Assembly (NCBI GenBank): GCA_020351445.1
Contig: CP070713.1
Coordinates: 2,848,184-2,892,737 of the forward strand
Source: Myxococcales bacterium
Lineage (GTDB): Bacteria > Myxococcota_A > Polyangia > Polyangiales > Houyiibacteriaceae
DNA: 44,554 nt
Direction of reading: 5' to 3'
Each line of letters begins with the position of its first letter. The stretch's first letter is position 1. Below the pieces are notes generated by a model. The model saw only the letters and a list, made by a program, of their open reading frames with translations. It made no database searches and was not told the origin of the DNA. Below, piece by piece: positions 16,990-23,611 of the stretch. Both the position numbers and the translations under genes were made by a program.

Positions 16990-18210
16990 ATGAGTGAACG
17001 TCCAGAGATCGTACCCATTGGTCAAATCCCAGAGCTAGGCGTCGTGCCTGACAAGATGCACGCCTGGGTCATTCGTCCGGAGCGCTTCGGAAAGCCGATG
17101 AAGTCGTTCCAAACCGAAGAGATGCCCGTGTGGGACCTCGCGCCCGGCGAAGTCCTGGTGCAGGTCATGGCGGCGGGGATCAACTTCAACGCGATCTGGG
17201 CGGGCCTCGGCAAGCCGGTCGACGTTCTCAAGGGCCATGGCCTCAACTTCCACATCGCCGGTTCCGACGCATCGGGTGTCGTGTGGGCCGTGGGCCCCGG
17301 GGTCACCGACCACAAGGTCGGCGACGAGGTCGTGTTGCACTGCAACCACCTCCTGTACCCCGGCACCAACGACCTTCAGACGATTTGGGGCTACGAGACG
17401 CCCGACGGCTCCTTCGCGCAGTTCACCAAGGTGCAGGGACAACAGGTGCTTCCCAAACCTCCCCAGCTCACCTGGGAGGACGCTGCAAGCTACGGGCTGA
17501 CGTACTACACCGCACACCGCATGCTCGTCGACCGCGCCAAGCTGCAGCCGGGTGAGGACGTTCTCATCTGGGGTGCCGGTGGCGGCCTCGGCGTCTTTGC
17601 GGTCCAGCTTGCTGCCGTCATGGGCGCGCGTCCCATCGCGGTCGTGTCGAGCGACGACAAGGCCGAGCTCGTCAAGAGCCTGGGCGCACACGGCGTGATC
17701 AACCGCAAGGAGTTCCCGGGCCTTCAGTACAAAGACGACATGACGCCCGAGGAACAGAAGGCGCACAGCACCGACCTCAAGGGGTTTGGCAAGCGCATTT
17801 GGGAGATTCTCGGCGAGCGCAAGGGGCCCGACGTGGTTTTCGAGCACGTTGGCAAAGCGACCTTCCCGGCAAGCGTGTTCCTGGCCTCGAAGTTCGGGCG
17901 GATCGTGATCTGCGGCGCCACCACCGGCTTCAACCTGAACTTCGACGTGCGCCACCTCTGGATGCGCCAGAAGCAGATCATCGGCTCGCACTTCGCGGAC
18001 GCCGACTCGGCGAGCCGCGCGAACCGGCTGATGATTCAGGGCAAAGTCAAGCCCGTCATGACGCGCCTCTTCGGTTGGGACGAGATCGGGGAGGCTCACC
18101 AACTCATGTATGAGAACAAGCTCCACGGCACGGTTTCGGCGCTCGTAGGCGCGCCCCGCCCCGGATTGAAGAACCTCGAGGAAACCCGCGCCGCCATCGC
18201 GAACGGTTAG
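16990..18210 (+). CDS. ccr: Crotonyl-CoA carboxylase/reductase (MDR superfamily)
   Basis: The sequence has the Ccr-like blocks VMAAGINFNAIW, HIAGSDASGVVWAVGPGV, IWGYETPDGSFAQF, VLIWGAGGGLGVFAVQLA, VVFEHVG, LWMRQKQIIGSHFAD and ENKLHGTVSALVGAP. An SD (GAGGAAG) lies upstream. Confidence 0.8.
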   Translation: MSERPEIVPIGQIPELGVVPDKMHAWVIRPERFGKPMKSFQTEEMPVWDLAPGEVLVQVMAAGINFNAIWAGLGKPVDVLKGHGLNFHIAGSDASGVVWAVGPGVTDHKVGDEVVLHCNHLLYPGTNDLQTIWGYETPDGSFAQFTKVQGQQVLPKPPQLTWEDAASYGLTYYTAHRMLVDRAKLQPGEDVLIWGAGGGLGVFAVQLAAVMGARPIAVVSSDDKAELVKSLGAHGVINRKEFPGLQYKDDMTPEEQKAHSTDLKGFGKRIWEILGERKGPDVVFEHVGKATFPASVFLASKFGRIVICGATTGFNLNFDVRHLWMRQKQIIGSHFADADSASRANRLMIQGKVKPVMTRLFGWDEIGEAHQLMYENKLHGTVSALVGAPRPGLKNLEETRAAIANG

Positions 18211-18219
18211 GAGCAACCC

Positions 18220-19833
18220 ATGCAGCAAGTGATCGAAGCCATCGAGGGCCTCTACCGGCGCGCGCACGACAACGTCAAAGCGATGGTGACGGAAGGGGAT
18301 CGGATCAGCGCCAAGAAACTCAATGCGAACCAACTTGCGGCACACGCGGTCGCGTACCTCGCTACCGAGCTCGAAGCATGCCGACAGATGGCCGCTTGGG
18401 CGGAACGGGTCGGCGGCGACTACGAAGACAAGGTTGCAAGGGCGTACGTCGGCGAGGTTGCGCGCTCGATCGTCGGTGGCGTCGATCTCGGGGCTTGCGA
18501 GAACATCGGGCTGGGCGAGCTCGGCATCACCGAGGGCGACCTGCGCGAAACCGTCCTTCAGCCAGAGGTCGTCGCGTTTTCCACCGAGCACGCGAGCGGC
18601 CAGGTGTACCTCGACCTCGCGGCACATGCCCGGGACCACGGCTTTCCCAGCCCTGGTTTTGACGACGAGATGCTCGACGAGATCCGCTCGCAGTTCTCGA
18701 AGTTCGTCGATGCAGAGGTGATTCCGCAGGCGCAGGAGATCCACCGTAATGACGCGTTGATCCCAATGGACATCGTCGATCAGATGAGCGAGCTTGGCGT
18801 GTTCGGGCTGACGATCCCCGAGGAGTACGACGGGCTCGGGATGAGCAAGGTCGCGATGTGTGTCGTCACCGAAGAGCTCTCGCGAGGGTACATCGGCGTG
18901 GGCTCGCTCGGCACCCGCTCGGAAATCGCTGCGGAGCTGATCATGGGTGGAGGCACCGAGGAACAGAAGAAGAAATGGCTCCCGAGGCTGGCTGCGGGCG
19001 AGGTCCTTTCGACCGCGGTGTTCACCGAACCCAACATCGGCTCGGATTTGGCGCACCTGGGAACGCGGGCCGTGAAGAAAGACGATGGCAGCTACGTGAT
19101 CAACGGGCAGAAGACATGGATCACGCATGCGGCGCGCGCGGACCTGATGACCGTTCTCGCTCGCACCGATGTGAGCGAGCCGGGCTACCGCGGCCTATCG
19201 ATGTTCCTCGCCGAAAAGACGCGAAGAAGCCGCGACGAGGGCGAGACGGAGTTCGTCGACGAAGGGTTGACCGGGACCGAGATCAAGGTGCTCGGCTATC
19301 GAGGCATGGGGGAATACGAGCTGAGCTTCGAGGACTTCAAGCTTCCCGCGGACTCGCTGCTAGGCGGCGAGGAAGGCGCAGGCTTCAAGCAACTGATGCG
19401 CACCTTTGAAAGTGCGCGCATTCAAACCGCAGCGCGCGGGGTCGGCGTAGCGCAAGCGGCGCTCGAGGATGCGATCCTCTATGCGACGGAGCGTGAGCAA
19501 TTCGGCGGCCCGATCTTTCAGTTCCCTCGCGTCGCCCGAAAGATCGGCCGCATGGTCGTCCGCGTCCAAGCCGGCCGGCAGATGACCTACTTCAGCGCCC
19601 GCGAAAAGGACCAGGAGAAACGCTGCGACCTCGAAGCCGGCATGGCAAAGCTCTTGGCCACTCGCTCCGCTTGGGAGGCGGCCGATGCCAACGTCCAGAT
19701 TCACGGCGGAAACGGGTACGCAGAGGAGTACACCGCATCGCGTCTGTTGGTGGATGCGCGTGTCCTCAGCCTCTTCGAAGGCGCCAACGAGATTCAGGCG
19801 CACGTCGTTGCGCGCCGGCTTCTCGAAAGCTGA
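18220..19833 (+). CDS. mcd: Acyl-CoA dehydrogenase with a ~165-aa N-terminal extension; probable (2S)-methylsuccinyl-CoA dehydrogenase
   Basis: The ACAD core runs from ~residue 165 (GVFGLTIPEEYDGLGM, TEPNIGSDLAHLGTRA, INGQKTWITHA, GGNGYAEEY, LFEGANEIQ). The long N-terminal extension and the position directly after ccr fit Mcd. An AGGAG SD lies upstream. Confidence 0.7.
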   Translation: MQQVIEAIEGLYRRAHDNVKAMVTEGDRISAKKLNANQLAAHAVAYLATELEACRQMAAWAERVGGDYEDKVARAYVGEVARSIVGGVDLGACENIGLGELGITEGDLRETVLQPEVVAFSTEHASGQVYLDLAAHARDHGFPSPGFDDEMLDEIRSQFSKFVDAEVIPQAQEIHRNDALIPMDIVDQMSELGVFGLTIPEEYDGLGMSKVAMCVVTEELSRGYIGVGSLGTRSEIAAELIMGGGTEEQKKKWLPRLAAGEVLSTAVFTEPNIGSDLAHLGTRAVKKDDGSYVINGQKTWITHAARADLMTVLARTDVSEPGYRGLSMFLAEKTRRSRDEGETEFVDEGLTGTEIKVLGYRGMGEYELSFEDFKLPADSLLGGEEGAGFKQLMRTFESARIQTAARGVGVAQAALEDAILYATEREQFGGPIFQFPRVARKIGRMVVRVQAGRQMTYFSAREKDQEKRCDLEAGMAKLLATRSAWEAADANVQIHGGNGYAEEYTASRLLVDARVLSLFEGANEIQAHVVARRLLES

Positions 19834-19866
19834 CGGGCACGGCCCAAGCGGCCATACTGCCCCGGG

Positions 19867-21597
19867 ATGAGCCCTGATCGCGCCGGCGACAGGCGGAGGC
19901 CGGTTCGGATTGCCTTTGCCGCAGTGCTCGCGCTGCAGGTCTTCTTGGCCGTGTGGGGCGTCGCCGATCAATGGACGCGGGGCCACAACGGCTGGAACGG
20001 AGCAGCGTATCACAGCGCCGCGCGCAACACGTTGCGGTGGGACGTGCTCTTCCCCCTGCAGTACGAAACCGCCAACGTCCCCCCAAAGAAGGAGCAGTTG
20101 TACACGCACGCCCCGCTCGCGCTGCATCTGCACAACGTGGTCAGCGTGAAGCTCTTCGGGGATCGCGAGCTCTCGATCCGCCTGGTGGCGGCCTTCTGGA
20201 GCGTCGCGGCCCTGTGCATGCTCTTCGCCGTGGTGAGACGCCTCTGGGACGACGCACACGCCCTAGCCGCATCTGCGATCTACGTCGCCCTCCCTATCAA
20301 CGCGATCTACACCAACATGGCCAACCACTCCGCCGGCTTCATCTTCTGGAGCCTGCTGACCCTTTACCTCTATATCCGAGCAGCCCGCGCCCCGCCCTGG
20401 CGCTGGCCCAACTTCATCCTCTTCCTCACCACCTTCACCATCGCCGCCACCTGGGACTGGCCCGCCTACTACATAGCCGCCTGCATAGCCCTCCACTGGA
20501 CCTACACCTCAAGAAAAGGGGACAGTCCCCTTTTTAAAAGGGTTAACCCTTCTGAAAAGGGGACTGTCCCCTTTTTGCAGCTGGGGGTGTTTTGTGGGTG
20601 GGTTTTGGTTTTGTTTTTGGGGCACTTCGTGTTGGTGGAGGTGCTCACTGGGAATCTAGATGAGTTGAGGGGGACGTTTAATACGAGGCGAGCGCTTTCC
20701 TGGACGCGGTTTCGGACACACTTGCTGGTCGTTCCGGAGCTGATGTTCACGGTGCCCGTTCTCGGGCTTTGTGCTGCCTGGGTGGGTGCGTGGGCGGCGC
20801 GCGTGGTGCGCGGCAGCGCGCGGGCGCGCGACTTGATCCCTGTCGCTTTCTTTGCCGCGGGCTTGATTCACTACTGGACCTTCCGTTGGAGCGCGATCGT
20901 CCACTCGTACTGGGCTTGGCCGATGCTCCCGGCCGTCGCCATCGCCGTCACGGTGTCGCTCTTTGCAATAGCGCGATGGATTCGGGAGCGGGCAGGGACT
21001 GCCGCAAGCCTCGGCGTCTTGCTTCTCCTGGTCCCGCTGACGATTCGCATCGTGCAAATCGTCCCTGAGGGCCGCTCCGTCGGCGGCTCGATGTGGTTCT
21101 TCACGCCGGTCCGCGGCGCCGTGGACACTTACGACTCCGGAAGACCTGAGCTGCGCTTCGCCGACCGCGTGAAGGCGTGGACCGACCGGGACACAGGGGT
21201 CCAACTGCACACGAGCCTCAAGCCACTTCGCTTGGAGCCCCGGTTCGACATCACCCTCGACCGCGTGACTCATCGTTGGTCGCAAAACCCACGCCCGGAG
21301 CTCCCCAACAAACAGGGAGCAACAGGGTGGGTGTTCGTTGCTGCAGTCGATGCGTTTCGCGAAGAGCAGCGCGCGTTGCTTGCCTCGCGCCACCCATACA
21401 GGCAATTCGGTGACTACTTCATGGTCGACCTCCGTCACGAGGCCCGCGACATCCAGGCTTGGGGCCTGACCCCGATCCCGTACAGCATTCAATGGTGGCT
21501 CTTTCACAGCGCCTTCGAGCCTCCCGTAAGAGCCACGCGTCTGATCGGGGTGGAACAGTCGCTGAACCAAAAGGTGGCCGAGATCAATGCCCGGTAG
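19867..21597 (+). CDS. Polytopic membrane glycosyltransferase, GT-C fold (GT39 / PMT_2 / ArnT-like)
   Basis: This is a 576-aa ORF with about 10 hydrophobic helices in the first ~400 aa. The first-loop block GHNGWNGAAYHSAARNTLRWD and YTHAPLALHL resemble family-39-type enzymes as I remember them. The C-terminal ~170 aa are soluble. The family call is by resemblance only. Confidence 0.6.
   Translation: MSPDRAGDRRRPVRIAFAAVLALQVFLAVWGVADQWTRGHNGWNGAAYHSAARNTLRWDVLFPLQYETANVPPKKEQLYTHAPLALHLHNVVSVKLFGDRELSIRLVAAFWSVAALCMLFAVVRRLWDDAHALAASAIYVALPINAIYTNMANHSAGFIFWSLLTLYLYIRAARAPPWRWPNFILFLTTFTIAATWDWPAYYIAACIALHWTYTSRKGDSPLFKRVNPSEKGTVPFLQLGVFCGWVLVLFLGHFVLVEVLTGNLDELRGTFNTRRALSWTRFRTHLLVVPELMFTVPVLGLCAAWVGAWAARVVRGSARARDLIPVAFFAAGLIHYWTFRWSAIVHSYWAWPMLPAVAIAVTVSLFAIARWIRERAGTAASLGVLLLLVPLTIRIVQIVPEGRSVGGSMWFFTPVRGAVDTYDSGRPELRFADRVKAWTDRDTGVQLHTSLKPLRLEPRFDITLDRVTHRWSQNPRPELPNKQGATGWVFVAAVDAFREEQRALLASRHPYRQFGDYFMVDLRHEARDIQAWGLTPIPYSIQWWLFHSAFEPPVRATRLIGVEQSLNQKVAEINAR
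20513..20577. repeat. Nested AT-rich palindrome (three hairpins forming one imperfect ~63-nt dyad) inside the glycosyltransferase ORF
   Basis: AAAAGGGGACAGTCCCCTTTTT (20514-20535) and AAAAGGGGACTGTCCCCTTTTT (20555-20576) are each self-complementary and are reverse complements of each other. AAGGGTTAACCCTT (20538-20551) lies between them. This was read directly from the sequence. Confidence 0.9.
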
Positions 21598-23611
21598 GTC
21601 ACTTGCTCCGGTGCTCACGTTATGGGCCTCGGCGTATCTTGGATGCGCCCTGTTCTTGGTCGTTGGCTTGCTTCCGCAAGGCTCGGTCTCGATCGAGCTC
21701 CTCGGGCAGTTCTCATGGCTCGCTCTGATCGGCTCGGTTCCGACCACACTCGTGTTGGGAGCCGCGTCTCGAGTTTCGGAGGGGCCAAGAGCGGTGATCG
21801 TGGCATCGGCGGTCGCCGTGATCACGTTTACCGCCGCTGTCGGCTGGGAGCACACCGACTTCCTGTTTTCAGGTCCGCACTGGGTGCTTCACCCGCGGCG
21901 CTCGATGGCGCGGATCGCGACGGTCTCTGCGCTCGGCTTGCTCGGCGCGGCGGGTTGGTTCTGGTTGATCGTGGGGTCTCGGGTCCAAACCGGACTGCGC
22001 ACGGTAGCCTGGATCGCGCTCACGGCACTCTGGGTCGCGCTCCTAACGGCTGCGATCGTGCGCTACCGGGCGTACGACTACTCGATGGCTCAGCTGGTTT
22101 TCCCCGCGGGCCTTCTGTGCAGCGCCATGGTGCATCTACTCGTTCGCAAATCTTCACACTGGCCCCTCGTGCTGGGCACCGCCGCCGCTTGCCTGCTCTA
22201 CGGAGTCGGCTCGCGCTTCGATCCGGCACTGGTTGCAACCGGGCAGCGCGAGGTGATCGCCCAGAGCCGTGCAGGCGCATTAGCGACTCTCTACGTGCTG
22301 CCTCACTTCGGCGACCAGCAAGACTGGGCAGCCGACGGTAGCGCCTGCCGGGATCCAAAGCCGGTCGTGGAGGACGCGCCGATCGGCATCGAACCGGAAG
22401 GACGCCGCAACGTGATCGTCATCACGGTCGATGCCTTGCGAAAGGACATCGTGGGCATCGAAGTGGAAGGGCGCCCCGTCACTCCAGAGCTGTCTCGCCT
22501 GGCTGAAGCCGGAGTGTCCTTCGCGAACGCGACGTCGACTTATCCGGCAACCCTCTTTGCGGTGGGCAGCGCGTTCACAGGCTTGAGCCCGGCGGAGCTC
22601 TACCTCTCGCCGTCGCTCCCCGATACGATCTTCACGCGCTCCCGAGCGCACGTCGACCAACAGCTCGCCGTGTTACCCAACGTCGGTTGGTTCCGCCTTC
22701 CGATCGTGGAGCAGTTCCTCGCGCCGGGTGTCGAAACCGCATTTGCCCCGACCGACAGCGCCGCGACCGATGCCCTCATCTCGCGTCTCCGCACCGCGCG
22801 TGACCGCGATTCCTCGGTGATGGCGTGGATCCATTACTATTCGCCGCACGACCCGTACCGAGCACACCGCGCGTTTCCCTTCGGTAGGGGAAAAAGAAAC
22901 GCGTACTTGAGCGAGGTGGCCTACTTCGACCGGGAGCTAGGCCGTTTGATGCAGTATTTGCATCGAGATGGGTGGCTCGAGGACACCCTCGTCGTCTTCT
23001 TTTCGGATCACGGAGAGGCGTTGGGCGAGAAATCCTACTGGGGACATCACATCTACTTGGACGGTTGGATGGTCGACATCCCGCTGGTTCTCTGGCACTC
23101 GAAGCTTTCCCCCGCGGAGCCGCATGTGGGTGTGAGCCTCGCCGACGTCGGACCGACCGTTCTACACTTCCTAGGACTGCCCGTTCCCTCCGACATTGCG
23201 GCTCAGAGCCTCTTCACACTGGACCCGAACCAACCAAATCGACCGTCCTTCTCCGAGGCGTTCCCCGTGCGCGGGCGCGAGCTATTCGACAGTTTTCGCC
23301 TCCCTGCGCTCGATGACGCAACGATTCACGCCAGACTCCGGAGCATTCGCGTGGCGAGCAGAGGATACGAGCCCAAGGCCGCGATTACTCTCGACCACCA
23401 GCGGCTGATTCACCATCGCAGCGCCAACACGACCCTGTTCTACGACCACCAAACCGATCCCGAGGAGCGCGTGCATCACCGGACCTCTAGCCAAGAAGGA
23501 AGCGAGCTTCTTCAGAGCGAGCTCGAACGTTGGGAGCAAGAGCAAATACGGCGCATCCAGTGCCGACTTCAACTCAAGGCCGATCAGCCGGTGACACCTC
23601 GTCCTCGATGA
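21587..23611 (+). CDS. Membrane-anchored sulfatase-fold (alkaline-phosphatase superfamily) hydrolase/transferase
   Basis: The N-terminal ~250 aa are polytopic. The sulfatase domain follows (NVIVITVDALRKD, TPELSRLAEAGVSF, VVFFSDHGEALGEKSYWGHH). The nucleophile region reads ATSTYPATLF (Thr/Ser type, with no CxPxR). The ATG overlaps the upstream gene by 11 nt. Confidence 0.8.
   Translation: MPGRSLAPVLTLWASAYLGCALFLVVGLLPQGSVSIELLGQFSWLALIGSVPTTLVLGAASRVSEGPRAVIVASAVAVITFTAAVGWEHTDFLFSGPHWVLHPRRSMARIATVSALGLLGAAGWFWLIVGSRVQTGLRTVAWIALTALWVALLTAAIVRYRAYDYSMAQLVFPAGLLCSAMVHLLVRKSSHWPLVLGTAAACLLYGVGSRFDPALVATGQREVIAQSRAGALATLYVLPHFGDQQDWAADGSACRDPKPVVEDAPIGIEPEGRRNVIVITVDALRKDIVGIEVEGRPVTPELSRLAEAGVSFANATSTYPATLFAVGSAFTGLSPAELYLSPSLPDTIFTRSRAHVDQQLAVLPNVGWFRLPIVEQFLAPGVETAFAPTDSAATDALISRLRTARDRDSSVMAWIHYYSPHDPYRAHRAFPFGRGKRNAYLSEVAYFDRELGRLMQYLHRDGWLEDTLVVFFSDHGEALGEKSYWGHHIYLDGWMVDIPLVLWHSKLSPAEPHVGVSLADVGPTVLHFLGLPVPSDIAAQSLFTLDPNQPNRPSFSEAFPVRGRELFDSFRLPALDDATIHARLRSIRVASRGYEPKAAITLDHQRLIHHRSANTTLFYDHQTDPEERVHHRTSSQEGSELLQSELERWEQEQIRRIQCRLQLKADQPVTPRPR

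Noticed and set aside
17035-19128. 697-aa minus-strand ORF opposite ccr and mcd, and similar long antisense ORFs (4803..5966, 5929..6801, 6854..8098, 9627..10700, 12495..13715, 15614..16847, 19360..20259, 20656..21855, 24169..25353, 33553..34749, 35305..36087, 40818..41936, 42202..43056)
   Set aside because: Each is antisense or out of frame to a gene with strong family motifs. Their translations are low-complexity and Arg/Gly/Pro/His-rich. This is the expected stop-codon paucity of GC-rich DNA.
20583-20622. Possible G-quadruplex (GGGGG..GGG.GGG..GGGG) on the coding strand just after the palindrome
   Set aside because: One loop would be 16 nt long. The G-richness is better described as part of the broader composition flip reported separately.
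19867-21597. Reading the glycosyltransferase as a pseudogene, or as two genes split by the terminator-like palindrome
   Set aside because: The reading frame is continuous for 576 codons through the element, with TM helices on both sides consistent with a single GT-C protein. There is no stop or frameshift.
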